This document shows, in pieces, positions 35,680 to 52,700 of a stretch of 64,000 nucleotides of DNA. Source of the DNA: Phaeosaccion multiseriatum (taxonomy: Eukaryota; Protista; Ochrophyta, other classes); NCBI GenBank assembly GCA_965112735.1, contig OZ218960.1, positions 2,108,001 through 2,172,000 on the forward strand, written 5' to 3'. Within the stretch, counting starts at the first letter, position 1, and each line of letters opens with the position of its first letter. The position numbers and the translations under genes were made by a program. The notes beneath the pieces are model-generated. The model did no database searches and was not told the DNA's origin. It saw only the letters and a program-made list of their open reading frames with translations.

Positions 35680-36792
35680 ATGAGTAGTACGCGGGAGGGT
35701 GTTGCGGAGGGGAAGCAGGGGGGAGAGGAGGAGGCCAACAACTTGAAGGCTCGCCTCACCAGCATCAATGAAAACTTCCAAACATTTGAAACAGAAATGA
35801 AGGTACTGAAGGGGAGGAGGGAGGGGGGAGGTGGGCTTGCTATCTAAACAAACCCCAATACGTGGTCGCAGGTTGGAACTCGGCAACGCCGAGAAAAAGA
35901 CGAGCACCGAATTGCAGAGCTGACCAACGAGCTGGGGCGCTTGGAGCTAACGCTCAATACGGAGATCAAAAGACGAGTAGAAATGAACAAGTCTGTTCAA
36001 ACGGTGAGTGGGCTGCTGAGTGTCTCGGTGGGCAGCTGCTGTTGTTTGATGACCTGCCTTTGTCTCCACCCGCACAGTGGGCCGAAAAGGAGATTGAGAG
36101 AGTGGTGGCAACCTTTGGGCAACTTGTACGGAACCGTAGCGATGCCATCAGCGGGCGGCTGGGCGATATAGTTGCCACTATCAAGGCCCTGGAAGAGAAG
36201 GTGCGCGGAAAGGAGGGAGCATCGTAGGCGAGATGCAGAAAGTAACTCTGAGAGTGGTGGTGCTCCTTTCCCGAATCACAGTGCGAAAGCGAAATGGCGA
36301 AAATCCCGGTCGATATCGAGCGCAGGGGAGCAGAGCTGACAGCCATGCTGCTGTCCTTCGAGGCCAAGTTCGAGGAGGAGCGCAAGGGGCGGCTTGAGAG
36401 GGAGGGGAGGATTTTGAAGCAGCTGGTGGATCACGAGCAAGAAGTGGCGCAAAATTTCGACTCAGAGCGGACCAGCAGGTGAGCCCCAAGAACTGAGGTG
36501 GTGTTGGTTGAACTCACTCAAGCCCATACGACCCTCCCCCCACACCCTCCCACATAGGGAAGCAACGTATGCTGATATACGGCGCGTGCTGGAAGAGAGT
36601 ATCCGCTCTCGAATCAAGGGGGACGAGAACTTCCAAGCCTTTGTCGCAGAGGAGATGGCAAGTTTGAAAAACGCCATCACTCTGGAGCGGCAAAATCGAG
36701 AGAGAGAGGACGACGAGATTGTAGATGCCCTTAATCGTTACACAAGCAAACTTCAGTCAAGCCTGAAGATTATAAATAGCTCGGAGACATAA
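35680..36792 (+). CDS. SF-assemblin/beta-giardin family striated fibre protein, 5 exons
   Basis: LTSINENFQTFETEMK..TRQRREKDEHRI..LNTEIKRRVEMNK..IPVDIERRG..ERQNREREDDEIVDALNRYTSKLQSSLKIIN. Confidence 0.88.
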
Positions 36793-36817
36793 TAACAAAA
36801 CTTGTACCTAATCTGCT

Positions 36818-39165
36818 TTATGTACTTCGAACTCGCGCGCGAACCCTCGTTCTACCAGCTCGTGCAGAGTTAGTGGCCGGCAGCGCTACCGCACAGCTTG
36901 GGGCGGGGTCGACTGCCTGCGTCTTCTTCTTCTCTCCCTCGTGTGGGGCGAGGAGCAAGCCATTGAGGCGGGCCAAAGAGGCCATGAGCTGGTCCTCTGT
37001 GGCCTCACTCACCTCCTCTGTGCTCGGCTGTCGGGGGTGGTTGCCTTCCAAAGCCGCTCCAAAGTTCTTGGAAAAGGCTTCTGCGGGAAGCGGTGCGGCA
37101 TCGAAGTTGGCCAAGAGCTTGGTACCCCAAACGTCGACGGATTGCCGACTTGCCCTGTGACGCGGTGCTGCTGCTGCTCCTCCTCCTCCTCCTCCTCCTC
37201 CTCCTCCTCCTCCGCGCTCTTTAAATTGAGGGTAGGGAATGAGCGCAGCAGCACCCCCTGCTTCTCGTTGTTGCTGTTTGCCTTTTCGCCGCCGCGTTGC
37301 ACCCCTCGCCAGAGCTTTCACCTTCAGGTCCTCGGCAAACTTCTTCTTCTTCTCTCGCAGCAGCCGCCGCTGCCTGTCAGCCGCAGACTCATGTCCTATC
37401 CCCCAAGCACTGCGCTCTGCCAGCTTCCCAACGGTACTCACGCCTGGGCTGCTTGCGCCTTGGTGCTTCTTTGCATTTTGCTGCTGACGCTTGCGCAAGG
37501 CCGCTAAGTAACCTGGACGGGGAGAGCCGAGGTGAGGGGCGCGAACCGGAACCCGCAATCGCCCCCAACCCCCAAGCAGCAGGTGACATACCTTCTCTAC
37601 TGCTGCTGCTGTTCGTCAGCCCCGACAGGTCGGACACATGTGTACGCATCGATGACCGGGTATAGTAGGACCTCTCGTCCATGGTGCATGCCTGCGAGAT
37701 GGAAACATCACAGGCAGAAGCTGTGATACTGCAGAACACTCAACGAAGGAGATGAAGCAAGTCTGGCCTACCTCTGTGACAGGGGTCATCACGATATGAC
37801 TACCCCCCCTCAGCCCTCCACATGTTCTTGGGGATGGAGGCAGCTTTGGGGGTAGTGGCTTGCTCTGGCCTGGTGTACTCGTGTGGGGAGGTTGTCGCAC
37901 AGGTGAAGCAGGAGGTGGACTCGCTCGGCGCATCCTCGAATTGGGCTTCGCAAGGGGGGCGCCGTCATCCTGAGACTCCAGTAAGGGGCTGCTACTCCCG
38001 CCCAGTGGCCTGCGTAGCATAGTATCAGACATGCTTGCATGAGACAAATGATGGGGGAAAGCTTTGTCACAGAGATCAATCACATGACAATACTTACAGT
38101 TGAGCTTCAAGCTGCTGATTCTTTGTCATGGACAAGTCGAGGCTGTCCATCAAGTCGGAGTTCTCGGAGTCTCTATTCCACGCCTTCTCTGCCTCAATCT
38201 CCTCTGCAAGGATGGGCCCACATTCGTCTGCTTGGAGCGTAAACAGATTGGCGGCTGCTTTCTGAGACTGGAGAGGGGAAGGCTGCTCGGAACGCTGAGT
38301 CATAATACCCTTCTCCTCCTCGACCTCCCTCTCTTCCTCCTTTTCAGCTCCCTGAGTCGCTTCCGAAATGGCCAGAGCTGGTCGGAGCCTTTTCTCATCC
38401 ACGCGCGGTTGTTGATCAACCTCCTCTGTCCACCGCTGCATCAATGAATCCGTTGAAAACTCCCCCGTATTTACAACTTGCTCCGGAGCACTCGAGTCGG
38501 GTAGCAGCTCCTGCGGTTTCTCCTCAGTCTTGCCTTCGACGGCACCCTTTCCACACCACCTCTCTTTAATCGCCCATAAGTCTGGGGGAAGGTTCGTCCA
38601 CTCCTGCGCGAAGACTACCTCATCCGTGGATTCGGGCACTTCTATTGTAGTACCTCCTGTAGCAGGAGGGCTTGGCGGGGACGTGCTGTACGCCAGCTCC
38701 TTGCCCTGGAAGTGAGGCGGAGATGATACAAGACAGGCCACGACTCCTTCCTGGGACGCGCGGTCTGACTGCCTCTCTCGCACCACGCTCTTTCGCACGT
38801 GCCGGACGTGGTCACGTCTAAACTGGTACTCCTGATGGGGCAGAGAGAGAGAGAGAGGCATGAAGACTATGCAAGGGAGTTGGAAAAGGGCTGTCGTCAC
38901 CCCTCGCGCATCACCCCTACCTCTATCCTCCTCGTCTTTTTCTTCTCCGCGGCCAATTTCTGCAAGACTGCTCTCCTCTCCTGCACTCTGTCGGCACACA
39001 AGGGTCAAGGGTTAGAGGGGAGCGAAGACAATTTAGAGATTTCTCTTCTCCTTCCTACCTCCTCCTCTTCAGACTGTCTCTTCTAGCTGGCTCATTCCGC
39101 CTCTGTTCCTCTACTGCCGTCCACCGCTCGAGGGCGAGAGGCGTCTGTTTCGTTCGAGCCAACAT
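36818..39165 (-). CDS. Hypothetical multi-exon protein (coiled-coil and disordered)
   Basis: Spliceable MLARTKQTPL..RRR/VQERRAVLQKLAAEKKKTRRIE/EYQFRRDH.. continuing through the 38094-38835 and 36818-37558 ORFs; stop 25 bp from the convergent SF-assemblin stop. Confidence 0.55.
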
Positions 39166-39288
39166 GGGGCTTCACGATTTTTTTGTTCTCTCTCTCCCTC
39201 TCTCATCAACGGTTAACTTGGGTCGGCGGAGGCCCAAAACCACGCAGATGGGATGGCACCTCACATATTATTCCCCTGCTGGTAGAGG

Positions 39289-39948
39289 ATGGAGGGAGCA
39301 GTTGTCCAGCTTCAAGATGGATATACTGTGCGTGTGGCTGAGCTTGACAGGCTACTTGAATGCCTGGATGCGACTCTGGTGGTGGTGGGGGAGCACGGAC
39401 AAGCGAAAGGGAGCCAAGCTCGCATAGACTGGAACGCCGTATCGGCGGGGCTCATGGCAGTCGGCCAGGACTGGGGGCCAGCATTGTGTCAGGGGATGTG
39501 GAAGATGATGGCCTATGCTGACGTGGGTGCTTCAGTAGATGCATTGAAGGCGAAAGCGAAGGCGAAGGATGTCGGCGGCAACGGCTGGATGCCGCCTCTG
39601 CTGCTGCTTCCAGATAGTGACGACGAGGATATCAATGGGCCTCCTGCCACGAGTTTGAGGAGGACCCATGTCAACAAGAAGGCACGGAAATGTGGGAATT
39701 CTACGCTTGGAACAGCGTGTAAAGGGCCGGGCCTCAACGTGTCACCTCCGCCGGACAGCATGGATATCTCCGATGCTCCGAGACTACTTAGCGGAGCCAT
39801 CTCTAAAAAGGTTCCTCGGAACGCAGGCAGCGGTAGCAGCAGCGACAACGACAGATCGCTCAGAACAGAGGGGACGGCAACATCCTTGAGCACCTTTGGG
39901 TACGGCGTCAACTCTGGTTCACAGGCGGAAGGGCCCGCTCCGGTTTAG
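39289..39948 (+). CDS. Hypothetical protein with Myb/SANT-like segment (3' structure uncertain)
   Basis: AELDRLLECL..RIDWNAVSAGL..WGPALCQGMWKMM resembles a SANT/Myb helix-turn-helix; divergent from the 39165 gene. Confidence 0.45.
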   Translation: MEGAVVQLQDGYTVRVAELDRLLECLDATLVVVGEHGQAKGSQARIDWNAVSAGLMAVGQDWGPALCQGMWKMMAYADVGASVDALKAKAKAKDVGGNGWMPPLLLLPDSDDEDINGPPATSLRRTHVNKKARKCGNSTLGTACKGPGLNVSPPPDSMDISDAPRLLSGAISKKVPRNAGSGSSSDNDRSLRTEGTATSLSTFGYGVNSGSQAEGPAPV

Positions 39949-40747
39949 TTGAGAGGTGGAGACCCTTAAGTTGGGTCAATGGACGCTGTTCTGTGCCCAG
40001 CGAGAATTAAGAGAAACACCAGGGCAATGTCGTCCACTTGCGGTGCTCTTTAGGGGCCTCGGCGGCATGCAGCGTTTGTAGCTACGCTTTCAGGCTGCAC
40101 AGGCTTTGTGGAAAGTTCGCAGGCGTCTGGGGCCTGACCCCGAAGCTCGCACGAGATGGAGAGGCTTCGCCGCCTGCAAGCCCTCGGTGCTTTCCCTTCC
40201 TTCCGATGCCGGTCCATTACAACACTGGTGAAGTCATGCTGGCCGAGTGTGTTTGTGACGGTGATGGTGACTGAGGAGACCGAGGCAAAGATTGACGCTC
40301 ACAAGACGCTGACAAGTGACTACGGTCGTCGAAACTTCCTGGGCAAAGCCACTGCTCCCCAGCCTCGACGCCTGCTTTTCGCTCGGAGTAGGCTTTGGTG
40401 CTGCCCCCTTTGGTTGCTCTGCCCATACGTGGCACCTCCGCAGCCTCCCGGTAGCGATTGGGCCCAAGGGCAAGGGCAGGAGTGTCGCAGGAATTATCGG
40501 GGAAGTGTGCGTGAGCGAGAATATCCTCAGAATATCCTACTGCAGCTTAAAAGCGCAATTACTTTCTAAGGGTGCGTGGCCCAGCAATGAAAGATATGTA
40601 TGCATCGCCCAACGCGCTTGGCTATCTCGTCACAACGCACGTCAATCGATCCAGAGTCCTTTGACTTCAACATGGGACATGAATGACCATGAGCACACGA
40701 AGCCCTCAATCGCTGCTGACATGCCATGCTCACCTCCGACCCACCAA

Positions 40748-43622
40748 CTAATCGGCCGCCGCATCATTCGGTTGTGGGGCCTCGTCTGCTGGTGGTGGGG
40801 GGGGTGGGGCTGAGAAATTCGCAAACTCGGCAAAATCGAGTTGGTTGCCCGGTGTTGAGGTTGCGAACAAATCTTCCTCAGCCGGCATACCGAACAAGTC
40901 CTGCTGCGCACTCAAGTTTCCCCCTGGGAGCTCATCGACTGCTGAGTCCTCGTGGAGCTGCTGCTGCAGCTGCTGCTGGTCAAAATCTGGAAAGCTGCTG
41001 CCCCATGAGCCCCCCCCGTCTTCTTCTAAATCTCCTGCAGGCTCACCATCGCGCGAGGGTATAGGGAATCCCCCCAGAGGATTGGACTGAAGGGCAGTCA
41101 TTTCTGCGAGCGCGCCTATGCAAAAAGCTTGCCACCTCTCAACGCAATCGCCCTCGTCGATGAGTCTTTTCACTAGACTCGAAGAGGTAGCCGTGGCAGG
41201 CGCAGCCACACGTTCCCCTTCTCCATCTCCTTCTTTCTCCACTGCATCCTCGCTGCTGCTGCTGCTGCTGCTGCTGCTTGCCTCCTGAGCTGTTAGCACT
41301 GCCTGACAGATCAGGAGGACATGTCCCATGTAGCCCATACGCCTGGACTGCCTATCACCTTCATCGGCGGCCCTTTTCGCCGCTTGACTAGAGTCTACCA
41401 ACTCCAGCAGGCGCTGCACGAGCTTGCAATCAGTCAGCAAGTGCTCCTGGAGCAGCCCTCGAGATGCATCTTCCAGCACCATGGTGAGCATGGCGCACAC
41501 CGACTGATGCAAGAGAGTCGCCGCTCGGAACTTGGGCACAAGGCTCAAGCAGAGATCGAGAGCTTCTTCCTTCTTCAATGCAGCGTCCATCACTGCATGG
41601 TCGAGCCGGATTAATGACTCGATAAATTGAACTCCCTTCGGTCAAGAGGAGAAGACGGAGAATACGAACATGAGTGACTGAGTTCAGCGCTTTGTTTCGA
41701 ACACTTGTGCTCCGTTACCTGCAGGCAGAGTTTCCCCATTCGCGGCGCCTGCTCTCGTATTTGTGCGGGGAATGTGTCGTTCGTTTGCAGTCTCCGTCGT
41801 AAACTAGTGCAGATCGATGGCACGAGCCCAGACAGATGCCTTGTGAGAGAGGCGGCATATGCATGAGAGCGAAGTGGTTGGAGAGAGTTCGTTAGCGAGA
41901 GACGTTCGTGTTTGTTAGGGGTAAGTTCGTCCGTTACACGCACCTCACAAACAGATCATTATCAACATTCGGGACTGCGCTGAGCACCGCATCGGCTCCC
42001 TGGTCGAGAAGATCACTCCCTCCGGTGAGCGGCTGATCTTGAGGTGAGAGCCTACCGAGCATGGCGCCCTGTGTGGGGGCGAAACAAAGGGTTGGATCTC
42101 TCAACACGTACAGGTCTCCTCCCCCCCCTCTCGAACCAACCAGTATTTGAAAGGCTCCGATGGTCGTGTCTTCCTTTGTTGTACCCAAAACCAGATCGTC
42201 TCCCTCGTCCCCCGCCATGTGCTCCACTGTGGCCGCCGCTCCCACCAGAATGCGTGTAACCTCATCTGAAAACATGCTGGTCAGGAACGCAGACTCCGCA
42301 CTGGACTGGCCTATCAGCTTGAGGAGGAGCTCTGCCGTGTGGCTGGCGTAGAGCACATCTCCGCTCTTCTCCGAGCGAGAGGTGCCGCCTGACAGAGCCG
42401 CAACCAAAGCCTGCGGTCGATGGGTCGAAAAGGAAATGGTTAATCTTTCATGTCAAGGCGAAAAACAAGGAGATGGGCATCGCCGACGACACCTCTCTCA
42501 CCATTAGCACATTTCTATCCTCCCCCCACGAGCACCACGACGAGAGTTCCTCCTCCCCGTCCTCCTCCCCGCCTGTGTCTGCCCCTTCCACAGAAGTCTC
42601 TGAGAACATGTTCCACGTGGGCGTTTCAACCTCCTGGAGAGAAGCGAACTTGGGTAGAAGGAGACGCTTCGCCACCTGAGAGGGACCCCAAGCAGGCAAG
42701 GTGTCGGAAATGGAGAGCGAGAAGACAGAGGCAGTACTGTGCTGCGTGCGTACCTGCATGGTGCTGAAGTTGCCAAGGTGCACCAGGAATCGCTCAAAGA
42801 GGGGCATGCCCTCGCCATTGATGAATGTACACAGATGAGCGCACTTGTGCTTCAGCAGTAGCGAAACCACCTGGGGGGGGGAGGGAGATGTACCAGCAAT
42901 CCTCGTTTCAATACTCCATGCCGGTCGGAGGGAGAGCCTAGCCAACTCTCTCGCCCACAAACCTTCTCAAAATAGCCAGCCGCTCGCACATCAACGTCGC
43001 CTTCCAAGTACACCAGCGAAAACAGCTTGTGCATCCACGCTGCCCCATGATCGGCACCTGCAGTGATGGCGTTCAAAATCTCCGGCACTTCGCAGCAAAA
43101 AATTTCGCAGGACATGTACGGGTACCTTTGCGAAGAGAGAGCAGTAGCGTGAGAAGAGAGAGATGGGGAGGGGGGAGGGGTGAGAGAGAGAGAGAGGACG
43201 GGCAACGCAGAGAGAGCGCGAGAGAGGCAGAGAGGCACCGCTTGGCAGCACATCATTTGCACAGCACAGCATACTCACTTGAAGGTACGATTGTCGCCAG
43301 CGTCGCTGTCAGGGGTCGAGATGATGTACCCAACCAGCTCCAGCAAGGTTTCAGGTTGGCAGAGACTGTTCACAAAGGGCAGGTATAACGACGTCACAAT
43401 ACATCAAGCACCTCCATAATCCGCTTCCGCATTAACTCACAATGAAATGAGCTTGTCGTTGAGGCTCTTCACCTCCTGCAAGACTTCATCTTCTTCCAGC
43501 AGCTCCGCCAAAGTAAAGCTCTCCTTGTCTAAAATTTCGTTGAGCTGGCTCGCGAACGAAAATCCGTTGTTGGTCCATATGTCCCCCCCAAAGCCTGACA
43601 GAGAGGACGCAAACAGGGACAT
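40748..43622 (-). CDS. PPP6R: SIT4-associated/PP6 regulatory subunit (SAPS family), multi-exon
   Basis: LNEILDKESFTLAELLEEDEVLQEVKSLNDKLI, FKYPYMSCEIFCCEV, AGYFEKV, RMGYMGHVLLI. Confidence 0.92.
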
Positions 43623-43939
43623 AGGAGCCCTCTCGCTGCTCCCTCTCTCTCTAACACAAGAGGAGCAGGGCGAGATCACAGAAGGACGAGGCGATATGTC
43701 GGCTTCGCTGCTTCCAGTGTTTGTTCCTATGGGGCGACTGGGAGTGGCCAGCCAAGCGGAGGAGGGAGTAGAGGGAAAGGACCGAGAGTCGCCCCTCTCT
43801 CTCGATATAATCGCTTTTTATATAGGGGAAAGAAGGAAAAGTTGTACAATGCCGATTCCCGTCCGTTCGCTCCGTCGCCATCTGCAGAGCGTCAAGTCAC
43901 AACCTCGGGCGGGCGCGGGGAAGCCAGGGATGAAAGAAG

Positions 43940-47923
<3,984 letters not shown>

Positions 47924-47939
47924 CAAAACGCCTTTAGAC

Positions 47940-50900
47940 TCAGCCCATGAGATACGTCAGCACCGGCTCCAACTCAAAGCCACACACTTGAGTCGCCGCA
48001 TTGCACTGGTCGATATCGAACCCCATCTCCAACAGCTGTGCAAAGAGCTGGTCCACCACCTCAATTTCGTCTCGAGGGGAACGAGGGGTGCTCCCGTTGC
48101 CAAGAGGAGGGAAGGTGGAATGAGACTGCGCTTCTGGAGCCGGTGAAGCCGGTGGAGCCGCTGCCGCAGGTGCAGGTGCTGCGGCCCGACGTGAGCCCCC
48201 CCTCGTTTTCTGCTTCTGCCTTGGCTGCTGACGTCCCCCCTTTTTCTTCTCCTGTGGCGCCTGGTGCTGCTGCTGCTGCTGGGAGTATTGGTGCTGAGGT
48301 TGCCGCTGCTGCGGCTGCTGCTGTTGATGCTCCTGTGGGTACTGCTGTTGAGATTGCTGTTGCTGCTGCTGCTGCTGATGATACTGAGGCTGCTGCTGGG
48401 GGTATTGGTGCTGCGGTTGCTGCTGATGCTCCTGGGACAGCGAAGTAGGGGTAGGTGTATAGCTCCACCGTTCATCTGCTGGCTGCTGTGGTTGCTTGTA
48501 CTCGCCATAATCCGCGCCTGTTTCCCAGCCACCTCCACCTCCCGAGTGTTGCGGCTGGCCTGTGTCCCCCCAGTCAGGCGATGCCGAGCTGCCTCCGTCC
48601 CCCCACCCGCCGTAAGAAGGGATGGCTTCAGATTGCAGGGGTGCCTCCTGAGGAGCTACGGCTGGCTGATGCTGATACTTCGCCGCACCGCCTCCGAAGA
48701 GCGTGTAGCCCGGCGCCATGTCCACCTGAACTGTTTCTCCACAGCCGCTCGAACCGACTCCGAGGCAGTACACGGCCCCTGGCTCGTCCGCCGGAGCGAA
48801 GCAAGAGAGATCCTCGTTGCCTGAGGGGAGGCACCGGCCGGACTTATGTAAGCAAGCAAAGAAAGAAACGTGAAGCAGCCAGCCACCCCTCTCTTCCGCC
48901 ACCTTACCGCATCTGCACCGCGGACCGCTGTTGGAGGATGCAGCCGGGGGCGGTGGAGGAGGGGGCAAGGAATGCTCAGCCTCTGCCAAAGAGACCGGGG
49001 CTTGCGCCAAAGAGGGCTCAAAGCTCCGCGCCACCTCGTTCCGCACCCCCAGTTGGCTCTCAATTCGTCCCTGTTGGTGTTGGGCTGGTGGGTACACAGC
49101 CGACGAGTCCACAGTACCTTGGACTGGGACGGATGGTCCGTCCAAATCGCCATTGTTCATGTCAATACCCGTAGTCTGCAGCAACGACATGTACCTGTCC
49201 AGGTTCATGCCCCCCCCCCCAGTCGCCGCAGGTGCTGTTGATGCCGAGGACTTGAGCCCACTTTGAGTGCCGTTTCCTGCATCCCTAACACCCAAATGCT
49301 TCTGACTGAGCCTTTTCCTGGTCTCCAGAGCACGCTCACGATCCCTCTTATCCGCGTCAGAGGCCCGTGACACTTGCGGAGAGTACGAATAGCCCCCACC
49401 CATCGCCGCAGAATGAGCATGGGATGGCGTCTGGTGCGAGCTGGTATACGCGCTTAACCCAAAATCACTCTTCCCGGCCGCATTTCTCGACGCCTTGACG
49501 GCCTCTGCCTCCAAAACTGCGGCGCTCTTCTTCTTTTTCTTCTTCCCCTTGGCCTTCTTCTTTCCTTGGCCCTCATTGCTTTGGGTCAGCTGGCCTTTGT
49601 CACCCGTGTCCTTCTGCTGCGACTGCTGCCGCTGCTGCTGAAGCTGCTGCTGCTGCTGCTTTCGCTCCTCGTCAAGTGCTCTGGACTTCTTGTCTGCCAA
49701 GGCCTTCTTCTTCTTTTCCAACAGAGCCTGCTCCACAGCTTCTCGTGCAGCTTGCTCGGCGGCCGCTTTCTGCTTCTCCTTCTCCTGCGCTTGCCTGGCC
49801 GCCTCCCGTGCCTGTCTCGCCTTCAGCAACTCTGCTGTGGCATTCTCCAAGCGCATCTTCGCCGCACGCAGCATGATCTCCCCTTGCTTCTCCAGCCCCC
49901 CCTTCGCCAGCTGCTCCTTCACCATATCCAGTGCCGTCTGGGGTACGCCGCCGTACTCGCACACTGTCCACAGTAGAGCGTACCACGCACAACAAAAACA
50001 CGGTGTGGGGGGGTTGAGTGAGCTCTTCTGTGGCAAGCATGGACAAGCGCGTCGTGGTCTTTCTTTCATACCGGTGATGTCCGTCAGAGTGGTCACCTGA
50101 GCGCCCGCGGCTAAGAGCGCTTTCATCATAGACACCCTTCCTCCTGCGAGACGTTTGGCAAAGAGCGTGGGTTTAACAAGCGCACACTACGGATCGATGG
50201 AACAACGCGTTGCTTTTCAAATCCTCGTACCTGTAGCGGCGTACATTAAGGGGGTCCATCCGTTCTCGAGACAAGTTTTCTCGAGGTCCACACCGCAGCT
50301 AGGAGACTTCACCCTGCGCGTGACACACCCGAACGAATGAGCAAATGTCTGACAGGGAAAGACTTGCAAGGCCCCTCACTTACTTCTTCTCCAAAAGCAG
50401 ATTGAGCAGCGGGACATCGCCAGCGTCCACGGCGGAGTGGAGAACGGTGAGCCCGCGCCTGAGTGAGTACACATGCAACTGGTAAGCACAAGTAGGAACA
50501 TCCTTCCGTCGCCCTTCCTTCCCCTTCGGAGAACAAAGCGCCACTCACTGGTCGTGCTTGCTAAGATCAGGAGCGCCGTACGGTCCGCTCGTAGGTTGGG
50601 CGAGTAGCCAAGTCGCTACATCACAGCGACCCTTACGGAGTTCTTCGTCCACGCCCTCCCCAGCAACAGTCATGTGCAGCAGGGTCGCGAAAGTCACGTC
50701 TTGGTATATCAAGCAGTCGTTCAGCTTGACGTGGTACATGGGCTCGACGTCCTTCTGCTCTTCCTCAAGCAAGGCCTGCAATGCACGGAGGTTTCCAGCG
50801 CCACAAGCTTCGAAGGCCCTCCTGCGTCGAGCGTGTTGGTCTCGGATCTTTTGCCGAATCACTTGCTGACTGGAGCGGGCTCGCGCCTCCTTTTCCCTAC

Positions 50901-52149
50901 GACTGTGCGGCAAGTTGCAAGCAGATGCATGAAAAAGGAGGTGAGAATAGGACAAAAAGGAATGGCGAGTATTGGAAGCGCACCTGTCTTCCTCAGTCTT
51001 GCGCTTCGCTGCCTCACTCTCAGCAGCCCTTTTCGCCCGCGACGCTGAGTTTTTGGTAGGCACACAACACAAGGATTAGGAGAGCAAGGAATACATATAC
51101 AATACAAATGGAGAGGAAAATAGAAACGAATGGACATACCTTCCGCTTCCTCCTGTCGCTTCCTGACCTTCTCTCGTCGTGCCGCCTTGGCATGCTGCTT
51201 GCGCAGATACTCCGCTTCCCTGTGAGTCAGGCATACACGGACATGATAGGATGGTCAGGATTTCGGAAGGCAAAGGTCTCGAGATAAACGGGGCACCGGA
51301 GCGGCCCGCTTCGGGGACTCACTTCCGAGCAGTCTCCTCGCGCTCCCTCTTCTTCTTCTCAGCCTTTTTCTTCTCCCTCTCCTTCCACCACTCCGACTCG
51401 GTGTCGTGCTCTCGTTCCTGTCCCCCATAGCTTGAGCTAAAGGGGCCCGCGTGCTGCTGAGGCGGAGGCCGGAACTGTGGCTGCTGCTGCTGATTCTGCT
51501 GCTGCCCCGGCCCCGCTCCGTAGGGACCGAACGGCACACCGAACACCACGTTGCCGCCGCTGAGATTGACCTGAACCCCACCTTGCCTCATAAATGCAAA
51601 GAACGCAAAGGGATCTTGGCGGCGGGCAGTGACAAGAGGAGGAGCGGGGGTGGTTAGTTGGCGCCTTTACTTTTTGGCTCGCGAAACCTAACGCCGCCCC
51701 TTCTTACCAAAGCCGAACTCCTCGCCGAAGCTGGGCCGAGAAACAAAAAGCAAACAGGCGGGGAGGAGGCAGACGACAAGTCAGGTTATCTTATGAGGAT
51801 CAGGTGGTGGGCCCTCTCCTCGACTTACTCGTCCTCATCGTCATCATCGTAGTAGTAGTCGTCGTCGTCGTCGTCAAAGTCCCTCTCCTGATCGTACCCC
51901 GGATCAGTCAAGCACGCGTAGGCCTCTCCAATGTGCTGGAAAGTTGCTGTAGCGTTCTCGTCCTGCGCTAAGGTGCACGTGCGTTAGGCTAGCTGCATCT
52001 TGAAAGCTCCCCCCCCCCCTTTCCCTTCCCACCTCTCTGTTCTTGTCAGGGTGATTCTGAAGAGCGAGCTTCCGGTAAGCCGACGTGATGGCGGAAAGCT
52101 CGGCATCATCAGCGACCCCCAGGACCTCTCTGGCTTCAGAGGGCTTCAT
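47940..52149 (-). CDS. J-domain (DnaJ) + ankyrin-repeat + Q-rich + C-terminal UBA protein, multi-exon
   Basis: EVLGV..ITSAYRKLALQNHPDKN..FQHIGEAYACL (J domain); TLLHMTV, GLTVLHSAVDAGDVPLLNLLL, GWTPLMYAA..SMMKALLAAGA (ANK); QLLEMGFDIDQCNAA..LEPVLTYL (UBA). Confidence 0.8.
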
Positions 52150-52269
52150 ATGATATAAAATCAAAATAAATGGGTGAGATGGAAAGAAGGAGATGTGGGG
52201 AGAAGAAAAGGAAATTCAAATTGTGTCGCAAAAATAAAGAGATGTTGGGCTATGATGGGGCTATGGACG

Positions 52270-52635
52270 CAATTCTCGATAGCATGTGATCGGCCGCCGG
52301 CGATAGCGGATAGCACGTCAGGGGAGGTCTTGGCGGAAGCAGGGAAGCCGGTAAGGTAGCACGTCAAGGTCGATTCGACAAGGGCGTCGGCTCCAGGCGA
52401 GGTTTCTGGCGATAAAGCAGAAGCCTGCGGCGGCCTGCGGCCGAAAGTAAGAAGCCTGCGGCTGGCCTGCGGCCAGAAGCCTGCAGAAAGTAGCGAAAAG
52501 CCTGCCAAGTCCCCCATTTTTCCCCCAGCCTGAGAAGCCTGAAGCCTGACCACTGGCCTGCGGCCAGAAGCCCGAAGCCTGGAGGGGGCTACGGCCCAGA
52601 AGCCTAAAGCCCGAGAATCCTCGCCTGGAGCCGAA
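52270..52635. repeat. Composite of GATAGC-type MITE remnant and GAAGCCT/GGCCTGCGGCC repeats
   Basis: TTCTCGATAGC..GGCCGCCGGCGATAGCGGATAGCACGTCAGGGG matches the 18058 element; GGGGGCTACGGCCCAGAAGCC is also found at ~7791-7811. Confidence 0.7.
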
Positions 52636-52700
52636 GGGCGGTCGGAGAGCCTCTCCCTCTCGACCTCTCGCTACCCGCAGCTCTTCGTTGTGACTTGTGT

